The position numbers and the translations under genes were made by a program. Below, one piece after another: positions 12,882 to 24,750 of a stretch of 64,000 nt of DNA (position 1 is the stretch's first letter; each line of letters begins with the position of its first letter). The stretch covers positions 85,994,001 through 86,058,000 of the forward strand of contig OZ286465.1 of assembly GCA_965644265.1 (NCBI GenBank), read 5' to 3'. The DNA comes from Glycera tridactyla. Taxonomy: Eukaryota. The notes below the pieces were generated by a model. That model did not search any database. It was not told where the DNA came from and saw only the letters and a list, made by a program, of their open reading frames with translations.

Positions 12882-15800
12882 CTATCAGGAGGAAATCCCA
12901 AATCTCCTGTACACCTTCCACGTTTCCATTCTGCAGGTCTTAGCCGTCCTCTACGAGACTTACTGCGCTGCACCAGACCGATATGAGGCACTCGCACACC
13001 GACTTGGCACTTAATGAATATAAATGCAGATGGCGCTGCGATGTCTTCCGGGGAAATAGCGGGCATGTGATCTTAGCATTACCCTTAATAATGTGGCCAG
13101 CTTTAAACTAATTTCTGCCTGTCAACTGCTCCATTCTGTCTATAAGTTGGGAAGCCAATTTGCCTGCTGCAAACCAAAAGGGAATGGCGTAGACATTGAA
13201 TGATGGGACTGATAAGCTTGATGGTGATGATGACTGAATAAAATTTGCCGATGTGCCAAACTCACTTTAGGTACATTGGCATAAATGGTGAGCAAATCAG
13301 ATGTGCAAAGGAATGGATGAAAATTTTCAGGATAAAGAAAATGAATAGGGCAAATAGGTAAGGGCTTGTTCAGGAAGCAGATTTGAAAAGAATGGACTTA
13401 ATCACATCATGAAAATTTGCTTCCCTATATCACTGAATTGAGAACAATAAGATGTCTCTATTGAAATTGCCGAATAATCTTCCACATAATATCCAAAATC
13501 TTCCAGCTACTGCCCGGGCAAGTTAGATCAGTGTTTGGACAGGTTGATTACCATCCTATTTTCCCAACTTTCATGGACTCAAGCACCACACATCAAGCAT
13601 ATAACATCTAATCTCGTTTTCAACATCATCAAACAGGTCGTGAGAGATGTGCAGGTGGATTTAAAACATTAACAATAGCTTAATATACAGATGACAATGT
13701 TAGCTCTCTGCCCTTATGTGGGTTACCAATTTTTTCCGGCAACAATCAATTATTCGCTTTATTAATAGATTAATTAGTGAATTAAATGGGTCTCATCTGT
13801 TGGCGGGCTGCCTCATAGACAGATATAACGTGTGTGCCATCCTGACAGAGATGCTCACACTGAAGCTTTAATAACGCATTAAGTTTTTATTTATAGTCTC
13901 ATAAAGTCTGATTCCAGGAAATATCCAAAGGGAGCTGTAAGTGAACACACGACTGAATCACTGCACTAACACTGCTTACAACTAACGATGGGTGATGTAA
14001 TTCACGAACATGCATTGAATTAGTGATTTAAATAGGCATGAATGTAATCGAATGGAAAATTCATCAAGTACACTAGGACAAAGTAGGCCTACTGCCAAAT
14101 GAGCATTGGTCTGTTCACAGGGTCAAGTCAACTGCTGATGAATTCCAGAGGCCTGGGACATAAAAGCAAGGATTAGGGTTCCCATGCATTGCATACCACC
14201 AAATCTAGCATTCAAGGCTAAAATAACCAATGTTCCTGGGCAAGGGTCATTATTTTCCTATACATCCTCATTGAATTTCTGCTTTTGGCTCTATAGTTCA
14301 TGCTTGAAAAAACTTTACGAACACATTTCAAAAAAATCAATTTCACCTCGAAATCATCAATTATCCAAATAAAAAACACCAGGCCAAAGATAACGTCTTG
14401 TGGACACAAACAATTTTTCAAAGGATGTGATCAGCCACTATGAGTGAACGATGGAAAACACTAAATGATATGTGTTTTTTTTCTCACTAGTCAAGTTGGA
14501 TAAATTAGTCTAGGAAAAAAATACTGAAAACTGACAGATCCACTCAAAAATCACAGCCGAGGTTTAGGGACATGCAGAAATGTCATTTGCCAATGAAATG
14601 CAATGAGGATGTCATCTTATCTGATCAGTCTAAATTGCGAACATTACCATCGCTCATCAGCTTGATAAAGTCAAACATCTAATCAGCCTCCCCCTCCAAC
14701 ATCACTTATCCTATTAACTGCAAAATAACCACCAACTCCCAACTTCTCAAATAAAAGCTGACTATCTCACTGCTGCCTGTGAAAGCATGTCACATCAGTT
14801 ACAGTAGTAGCCCGAAGAAGATGCCATACCTAGCATTGAAAAATATCAAGCATTTTCTTGAAGCAAACACATTCATTAAAACTTGAATATTTTCAGACAC
14901 AAGGTGGGGACATTCAATGGAAGATAGTGGTTTTATTGAGAAATTTTTCGCCGCATTTGATATTTTTTCATAATAAAGGACACATAGAGCAACTGCATGG
15001 TTCAAAATGTTGCTATCAATCCCATGAATTTAGAAACCTCCAATCATAGAATGAAGTTGGGAAATTCCAATCCAATACCATCATATGAGTCAGTTATGCC
15101 TCTCCCTCCCTCCACAAAGCAACATCAGAAATATGGATGGTGAAAATGAAATAAATGTACAAAATGAGTCAATAATTAAATAGGCATCAGCACAATCATT
15201 GTGCAAAACGTTATTAATTATCCTCCGTGTTATAGACGGGTAATCATGGATGGCAGCTCAGATAATTTGTCGTTCCAATTTCGGATTTTGATGAGTGCGT
15301 CATATCTCGGTGCGACAATCTCTAAATGGGGAGACCAACGTAACAATAACCGCCTTCATTTCCGATACATCACACAGGATTTTCTCTGTGAACTTGATAC
15401 CACCATGTCAGGTCACTTCGTACTTTATTCTCTGAATTCTCCCATCACTCACAAAACTCTGCATGCTTGGCTGGGCCTTAGGCAATGATGGCCATACCAG
15501 CGAAAAGGGCTCAAATATCCCGATTGCGCATTGTCCTTTATTGGCTGCAATATCCTGGGTTCGTCCCTTCAAGCATTCTCAATTATCTCCCGGTCTCTTC
15601 ATCCTTTTTCAAAATGAATCTCACCGCGAAAATATACCCAACACTCTCAGAATGATTATTTGATGGTAATTGAATGAACAAAATTGATACAGTATTTCCA
15701 GCACCTTTTTGAAATATGTGAGGAAAGCTGACCAATTTGACACCATTCACAGGGGAATATCGAGCCTGTAAATGCTAGTCCTAGGCAAGATTCTTACAAA

Positions 15801-16927
15801 CTGGGATCCAAACGTACTGAGCTAATTCTCTACAACCAGTTTTTGACTGCAACCTAAAATGTGCAGTGGATCCTTCAGCAAAGTATCTATGACAAGGCCA
15901 ATGCAGAGCCCATTAGATGAGCAAAAAGATGTTGTATCCAATGACTCAGATAACCACAAATTAAATGAAAGTGCTTTTATCTCTAGTTTACTGATGTTAA
16001 TCGAAACATAAAAGCGGGATCAATTTCAGCCAAATGGGACACACTATCTCAAGTCGCTTCAGGATACAGCTTAGAATTTTTTATCAACAAGACGCTGTTG
16101 GAGAGATCACATTACGTAACAGCTGATAAATCATGGAGCAAAGGAGCATTACATAGGGGAATATTATACAAATGGGATGACTTCCAAACATGGAGGTCTG
16201 GGAGGCCGTCATTAGGCACACTCTGTATCCATTAACTGTCACAAGGAATTGACCAATCAGTCATCTGTGCACTATCAGGAAATTAGTCCCGGGGCAAACA
16301 AATTGACTGCACCTGATTGGCTACAATCTTAGTAAGATATGCGGAGAGACAAGATGCTGGTGCAGCCAGGAGCTGATAGATGGCTTATTTCCATTAGATT
16401 GTCACGAGCGATTCCGTGATCTATGAGATGGACTTGTAACTGCACGGTGAAGCAGCGATTGGATGGACAACTCTGGTAAACCATCAATAATCGGGGCTTT
16501 ATCTCTGATATACCTTCTTGTCACTGAAATTATCTTTGGCATGTTCGATCAGGCGTAATACTCCTCAGTGCCAGAGGACATTATGATAGCCATCGGTAAA
16601 ACACCGATCCAACATCCAGTTATTTCCACGCCAGCTAACTTCAAGTAAAGACACAATCTATTTACCCCGGTTTGCTCTTACAAGAGGTCCCTTCATGGCA
16701 TAGACGTGAGTAAGTGACATTCCTTTTCATGCTGCCTCCTTACCAGAATATTATGAATATTGGACCAATATCACTAATGATCCAATTATTTTACAATACA
16801 TTCTATTAGGTATACACATTGAATTCTTGGTAACATTCAGGTCGATGAGAAAGACATAGGGGCATAGCTGTCACTGAGTTGGGCTGGCATCTGTTTTGGC
16901 ACACTTGGATAATCTGTCAGACAGGTA

Positions 16928-17102
16928 CAGTCAACCCTGTCATAGGCGAGCGGCAAAGGAAGACACAAGAGCGCATGCACGGAGCAGGTTCATGCTTAGT
17001 CCAGGTGTATCAAATTGAAAATACTCTAGCGGGATGGATACAGCATGGTTGCTTGAAAATGGGTTCTTGCTTAGTACATCGCATGCTTATATGGCTTTGA
17101 TG
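16928..17102. mobile_element. pogo/Tigger-like MITE (GCTTAG orientation)
   Basis: TA|CAGTCAACC start. Shares GGATGGATACAGCATGGTTGCTT...TTGCTTAGTACA with 4623-4796. Confidence 0.65.
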
Positions 17103-18201
17103 ATGACGTTCAAACTAGAAAGTTGTAAGTGCCATTGCTTAGACTGGTACTTATCACCTATAAATCAGTGTGAAGAGATCATCACCCTATCCATTGGGAA
17201 GGGACTGAAGTTATGGAAATCACTAATTCATCAGGCGATCCTGAGGATGGGCCAACCAATGCAGGCTATCACCTCTTATTGGCTTTTGAATTTCGGCTAC
17301 ATTTACGCCATAGACCTCAGGAATGCTAAATTGAGCATACAGCTCAGTGTTATACTAACATGCTACAACACTACGTCCAGGGAGACACAATGCAGGTCAT
17401 CATGCTGCTGACCATTCAATCTCCAAATGCTATCACTGCACTGAGTTGAACGCTTTGGCTACCATCAGTAGGGGAGGCGGGCATTATGAGTGAGAAATCA
17501 TACACGGCCGAGATTGAAGACGAATATCTCGTCTGTCGGATGTCATACGACACGCCATCGGGGAATGGCTTCCGTGCAGCACCATCAAACTACTCATGTC
17601 TGCAATATGGGCTGACTCTGAGCGCGACTCTGTGTGCGGGCTGCTCCCACGGGTCCCCCTAGGGGATGCCTTCCACTCTATCTCTGAATGTCTACATGCT
17701 CGTACTGCCAGAATTATGATGAGTTATGACTCCACCAATACATTACGTCTCTCAGCTTTATGAACCGTTTTCCACGTTATTTCACCCCATGGCCATCATT
17801 TGGCTTTATCTATCGAACAAATGCAAGCATAAACTTCTACACAACGAAATTTGAGCTGCAAAAAGCTTCAGATTCACCATGAAACTAGTCAACTTCTATG
17901 AGAGGCCCTGCATGGTACTTTCTGCTCGAGACAGACTCATGACAGAACAGTGCTTTCACTGATTGTAGCCAGACTATGTGGAAGCAATATCTGTTGAAAT
18001 CCCACAGTGGACATTCATAATTTTTCATGAATCGATCATCAAAGAAACAGATGATTCCCAAATGGTTCAGTCCCATCAAGGCCTCGACGGAATGAGTGGA
18101 TCACATCAAACCTTCAATCTTTGTCTCAAGACTTCAAAACAAGATCAAGGGCATGGTTAATATTTCACCAGTTAAAGATTTCCATATTTTTCAGGCCTTA
18201 C

Positions 18202-18327
18202 CTGCATGTCCAGTACTGCATTCGCATGTGTAGCCTCCTTCACGGCGGATGCACGTCCCATTTCCTCCGCACGGACTCGAGTAACACAGGTTTACCTCCG
18301 TATCACACAGATACTCCGCTGTCATAC
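18202..18327 (-). CDS. CELSR: CELSR/Flamingo exon: EGF-like 2 (absent from the ORF track)
   Basis: Acceptor tttgtttgcag|GT (phase 1), donor GCA G|gtaagg (phase 1), 126 nt. Translates (G)MTAEYLCDTEVNLCYSSPCGGNGTCIRREGGYTCECSTGHA(G) and joins in frame to both neighbours. Confidence 0.96.
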
Positions 18328-21300
18328 CTGCAAACAAACATAACAAAATAAAGTTGAACATTCAAACATGAAATTAATGAAGAAACCAAAATATAGGATA
18401 ACACAAAATGAATAAGCCATCTCAAAGGTGACTATACTGGCTGGTGTTCTGGATTCAACTCTTCAGTTGACTTTGATGGAGTACTCTTTGTATGTTTATT
18501 CCAACAATGGGACAAGCGAAATTATGCTCTTTCACCTGGTATTAATCCTAGCTTTTTAACAAACATCGATCTGCATTGGCGCTTAATCTGAATATTGTGA
18601 AGCAAATTTGGCTAAGATAATGGTTTCCTAGAGAAAACTCAAGCAACTTCCAAACAGGTGGGCTCCTTCGGGGATCTCTTTTCTCAGGTTCTATGAAATT
18701 CGCAAATCAGTCATTTCGGTGCAGGGTTCAGATCTTGTGATTGTCTGTAAATGTGCCCTTCAGCCATGAATCACAGCTGGTTTTGAAACTCACACCATTT
18801 CAAACTTGTGCACCCTTTACGTATCATGGGAAGTCAGCTGTAGGGAAAAGCTGCAACTATGAACGTTCAGTTCTATCCTGATCTCATGATCTTCACCTCA
18901 CCCAGTTTTCTAGGGCAGTCTCATTATCGGATGATTCACACCTTTTAAAATCATCTGATGATTTATGCTTGGCCCTCCAGTTTTAATTAGTGGTTCAACT
19001 TCAAAGAAAAGATGGCAAGATGTATCTGAACAGATTCAAGTGAGAACGTCCATTCACGCTGGCTTTGACTACGCGGGGATTCTTTCAGGAGAAGGAGAGC
19101 GTGACTGAATAGGCATAATGATGATCATCATATCCCGACCATCATCTCGTCAACGGCCGCTGACATCTGCTTCCCATTTAACTACATCCTAACTCTTTCT
19201 CACATATCCCTCTAAAATTCTCAAGTTATGAAGAAGTAACATCAGAATACAAAACTAAACATTTGCTTCACAAAATATGATAAAGCCTGATCAAGATCCT
19301 TATACATAATCTAACAAGAGCAATGAAATCTGCATTTCAAAATTCGCCAATTTTCATCTCAAAAGATAAAACATCTATGGATGATTTTGGATGTCTTTTC
19401 TGAGTGTCATTAATAGCGGACTTATCATGGGAAGCATCAATTTGTCATTATGAGGACATAATGATTTTGTTTTGTGACTTTTAAGAATGTTGATTTTCAA
19501 CTTGAGAACACAAGTTATGACCAGCTACTTCATGTATACAACACCACACAATGTGACTAAACTATATAATGAAATATATGAGTGTAGGGATATTTACTTT
19601 TTTTTTTAATCATTAGAGAATCTCACAAGAGGTCTTCCATCACCAAAATCAATGTTTTCAAGAATCTATGAGGATCTCCATAAAACCGTTCATTGCACTC
19701 CACTATTTCATGTCAAATTTCAGGGCCCCATCTTACAATTGAGAGAATAATGTATCAAAGTACATCATTTTAGAAGTGAGAAATCACTGACTATTCAATG
19801 CCTTTCGCAAATACTATCCAATCTCATATGCCATTACAATATGAACACTTGACTCAACCAAGACGAGCCTGGACAGTCCCTTTCGGAGAGGAGGATGGGG
19901 CAGGCCGATACATCGGTCATAGAATACACTGTCATGATGTGCACATACATTTTGACAATTAGTTCCTATGAATTTCTCAGATGATCATAGCAACAAGTTC
20001 TCATTCAATTATGAGATGTATACATACAGACTATGGATATGGGCCCCACAGGTGAGCTGACTCATGGGATCCTATGTATACACCATGTGGGGTATCACCC
20101 ACCACCTACTGCCCGTTAATTGAGTATAATTAGGATCCATCCATCAAACTCACATTGACAACTCATACAATAACTTCACCCAGCTCATCGACCTCGTCCC
20201 CCCCCCCCCACCCTTCTCTCATCTCCTGATTCCACTCATCTCTACTCCCATCAGGACTTCACTCCTGATAATCCCTCCTATTCCGAGGAGCAAAAGCTGG
20301 CCAAAGAAATGTAAACTTTAGCCCAATATACGCAAAAAGTATGGAGGACTTATCCTAACAAATTTGATCTGTGAAGTATACTTCGAACAAACGTTGAAAG
20401 ATCTTCATCTATTCTGTATTTCTGCAAGCGTAACCGAAGATGTGGAAGAGTAACAATTACAAGCCAGACGTACAAGGCATAATGATGGATGCCTGGATCA
20501 TATTGCTGAGCCTACAGCTGGTTACATCAAGAGCTGTCAGACTCCATCATACTGAACACTGAACTCAGAACTGACCCCTAGAATTGATGAGCTAACTGAA
20601 GAAAGGATCCCTTCCCCCAATTAAAGTCCTACCTATTGATGCTGACTCTCATTGATGTTCATTAGTGAGGACCCTTTAATCCTCACATTTGATTTATGAT
20701 ACACTGCAGCTGGCAATCAGCAAGCCAGTGATGAACAATCACGATTGAAAATGCCCAAGAGATGACTCCTATATAGAAAGGTCACATGCCTATCAAGACC
20801 AGCCTGAATAACAATTTCAATAGTATTCTTTACTATAAATGGTCACCCGTCTATGAAGGAAATGTTTTCACATGACCAATGGTCATTTCAATAACACTTA
20901 GAGGGGAGTATTTACGTTTAATACAGGATTGTTTACTTATTAAAAGAGTCCGAACTGTGGAAAGTATAACCTTCCTGTAAAGATCTAGGGTGGACGGATT
21001 CCGAAGTAGGGTTACTGAGTCCTATATGTTCTTCGCATTTATTATACTTTCCCATCTGTCCAGTGGGCCAGGTGAATCAAAATATAGAACTTGATGATTA
21101 AAAATCAACCAGGCGACCTTGGTGTGAAACTCTAGCAAGTGATGGCACCTATTGCAATTCTGAGAATGTCAGACTATAATAGGCAAATGGCCCCCAGATG
21201 GCAGCAACTGACTCCTGGTGTCAAGGATTCACACTAGTCGAGTGAGTATTCAAGTCATTTCTTCTCATTACTGGAGATATATGACAGAGGAGGTCATCAT

Positions 21301-22071
21301 ATACAGGTCTTCATTGCCAATATGAAGCAGTTCCTCATCAAAGGGCTCGCAAATGGCCACAAGCTGAAATTCCCATATCCACACTATGATCTATTTTACA
21401 CAACCCACGCGATATATATACACAACTACAAGTCTTCCCAAATGTCACAAATACAAAACCTCAAATTCAGAAAAGTGTTGACTGCTTTTCTGAGCTAACA
21501 GTAGTGGACGGTTCACTAGCATGATAGAGAGGATTAAGATGGAATATTCCAATAATCCCATAGATGTGCATGGCCCACCTGTATGCATGTATTTTGGATG
21601 AGTCAGACCGACCCGTATGGCTGATAACAAAGCCAAACTTGCACTTCGTATGCATGAAAATGACATACTGAATGGCGCCGGTGTGACACATTACCGCTTT
21701 TTATCTGCTTCATGATACTCATTTATTTCACGAGGCGGCATCCCACCAATGCTGAAATACAGTGGAACCCGTGATGCGAGATCACTATAAATATCACCAA
21801 AAAAGTGGTCAATCTCCCGAATTTGAATTTCCAAAAGTTCTCAACTTTTTCTTAGATCTGTCTGCTTTGCCACAAATTCTACAAAATTTAATGGAATTTC
21901 CCTACCTAATTAAAATTTTTGCAGATAAAACAAGTTCTAAGATTTGAGGAGTGGTTCTGATTCTAGCACATATTTTTTTAGTCCTTACAAGCGCCGATGC
22001 GGATACACACAAGTGTAAATCACAAACCCAGAATAGAAACTTCCACCTGCTGCTGTATTTTTTTAACTCAC

Positions 22072-22246
22072 CAGTAAATCCTGCAGGGCATCTGCATGCA
22101 AACGAGTTGACAGGATGTATGGGACGGAAGAGCATTGTATCAGAGGAGATGAACGAGGACGCGTTACCGAACCGCAGCACCGAAACACAGTCCTCGTAGT
22201 TAAGGCATGGCTCCCGTACACACAAGTTGTCGTCAAATGGTAAAAC
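22072..22246 (-). CDS. CELSR: CELSR/Flamingo exon: EGF-like 1
   Basis: Acceptor tgttgcag|GTT (phase 0), donor ACT G|gtgagt (phase 1), 175 nt. Translates VLPFDDNLCVREPCLNYEDCVSVLRFGNASSFISSDTMLFRPIHPVNSFACRCPAGFT(G), carrying the hallmark CELSR VLPFDDN.C.REPC motif. Confidence 0.97.
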
Positions 22247-23344
22247 CTGCAACAGAGACAAGCAACTTTTGGTGAGATATCAAGAAAACATTTTTTTCAA
22301 CAAGATACTTTTGGTGCAAGAACACACATGGTAATGTACACCTACAGGATATAATTATTAGATCAAAATTTCCTGTCAGAAGAGCCAAGAAATCTCCTCA
22401 CAGCTAAAAACCGAAGAAACAAACATTAGATACAGCAATTCTGGAAAACAGCTGCCCTTTCTGAAGAGACATTGTGATGATGACAACACACCTATACATA
22501 GAATTCATGAAAATGGGTGCATGCAAAATTGATGTAACTTGTGTCAGTTGCTATGGCATTCTTAGGAAACCATGACAACATGAGTCGGCAGTGGACCAGA
22601 GTACAAGTGATCAGAACTGCCCCCCCCCCCCCATCACACAAACCTCTATGTACCTGAAATATCACATAATAGGAGGCAGGGTGTGAATATCATCAAAAGA
22701 AATTTGGTGAATGACATTAAAGTTTGATTTTCAACCTAGCAACAAAAAGCATCAGGTATATTGTGTGCTACGGAGCAGGTTGACCTCGTTGAAGATCGGC
22801 TGTGAGCGCCAGTCCTCTTTTGTTGCCGCCCTCTGATGTACTTTGTTGTTTGTACATGAATTAAACTCCTAGGCAAAGTTAGAATTTATGTCTAGGTACT
22901 GAACCACACTTGTGTAACCCTTACCATATAAAAACATCAAGTGTGTCTGTAATATCATGCATTGTTCAAGCTCAATCCACCACTATCCCTATATATAAAT
23001 TTTTCATCCTTTTTCCGATCAAGTCAGTGTCCTACAATATAAAGCTCATATTCTTGAGCACAGACTTCATAATAGAGAGAATTGAAATGTTAAACAAAGC
23101 TGGATGAATAACCTTGAATAATGCATGATATTACACACATACATGTAGTTTGTGTTCAGAATGAGATCAAATTTGATGAGAGTTGCTTTTCAGATTCACA
23201 CTGATGTGGCAAAAGCTGCATTTTTTATTCAGCTTTCTATCAACATGTATTGTTTGATTTATAAACCAGCATGACTGCTTAATATTAACAGTGAATCTTG
23301 TGAGAGACCACCGAAAATCAACAGAAATAATGCAATTCAATATA

Positions 23345-23504
23345 CAGTCGAACCTCCTCTAAAGACCACCTCTCTATAAAGACCACCTGAGTAGTGACCG
23401 TGGTAGTATTTTCAACAGTTAATGACCTCTCTATATAGACCACCTGCCCGTAAAGACCGCTTTTTGATGCGACTGAAAGCGGTCTTTAAAGACAGGTTCG
23501 ACTG
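23345..23504. mobile_element. pogo/Tigger-like MITE (AAAGACCACC subfamily)
   Basis: TA|CAGTCGAACCT...AGGTTCGACTG|TA with internal AAAGACCACCT repeats. Confidence 0.88.
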
Positions 23505-23678
23505 TATCTACTAATAATTCCCGGGATATGGCAAGTAAAAGAGTGAAATCTTTTGGCAACCATTTTCCAATAGTCTCTCAAACAGTGAAACCAATAGAAT
23601 ATAAAAGAAGTACCTGAAAAGTTGTGGGATATTAAAAAAACACCACCAAATATTCACCTACTTCTAATAGAGTTGATA

Positions 23679-23852
23679 CAGTCAAACCTGCTTCCGAGAC
23701 CATCTCTCTAAAGATTGCTTGCCTATAACGGCCACCCTAAGCTGTGACCGAGATAGTATTTTCATCAGTGAATGACCTCCCTATCAAGAAAATCTACCTC
23801 TCAAGGTCACTTTTTGATGACCAGAGGTAGCCTTTACAGCCAGGTTCAACAG
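23679..23852. mobile_element. pogo/Tigger-like MITE, older copy
   Basis: TA|CAGTCAAACCTG...CAGGTTCAACAG|TA, collinear with the 23345 copy. Confidence 0.7.
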
Positions 23853-24624
23853 TATTTTCACTCAAAATACTAATTGATCCCAAGAGTTACAATTTTACAC
23901 GGAACCCTTAGATTACAAAAGCCCTTTGAAAAGCAATGTGCACATGGATATCTCCTGCATAATTCACTACAGGATGGAAGGGGTCTAGTGATACTTGTAT
24001 GTACCCCCTACATGGCGAAGCATGTTCTGAGCTGTACTAAGCCCTCCTTGAAATGTACCCCCTTTGGAGGGTGTTGTACCCTTCAATGTACCTCCCATGC
24101 TGGCTCACTCTACCCCCTCCCTGCTCCTGTGATTGGCCCCTAGGGTAAGGTCTCAATACATAATTAATTTCATGACCTACTTTATTGGGGTTTGTAGTAG
24201 TATTGCTTTCTTTGGTAAAATGATCAGTAAGGTATGCGGCTGGTGAGGGATATTTTCCACTCAACCAAATGTGCACTCAAAACAGCAGGCAGTACATTCT
24301 TCTGAGTTGCATCCCCCAAGCAAACCACAGCAACTGCCAGCAGGGAGTGCCATTTCTTCAAGGACACCCAACACTTGAGTGAGACAGGGCTATGCTTCAC
24401 TATGAGAGAAGAAGCATCGGAGAATGCATCCAAGAACACAATAGAGGTAGAATATTCACAGAAGGAAGATTCTCAGTGAAGTTGTTGCTGATGACAGTGC
24501 CCAGCAGGATCAGAGCTTTCAGCCTGAGTGGTTTTAGGAGCTCTTCTGTGGATCAGTAATGCATACAAAGGATCTTCACTTTGTTATGCAGGGTGAAGTC
24601 TTCATCCATATCTCAACAGGACAG

Positions 24625-24649
24625 TGTGTGAGTGTGTGTGAGTGTGTGT

Positions 24650-24682
<33 letters not shown>

Positions 24683-24750
24683 CACGCGCATGCATGTGTG
24701 TGTGCATGTGTTTGTGTACGTGCATGCATAAGTGTATGCCTGAGTGTATG
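24625..24750. repeat. (TG)n compound microsatellite
   Basis: TG/TGAG/TGCA runs. Explains the overlapping CV/TH ORFs. Confidence 0.95.
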
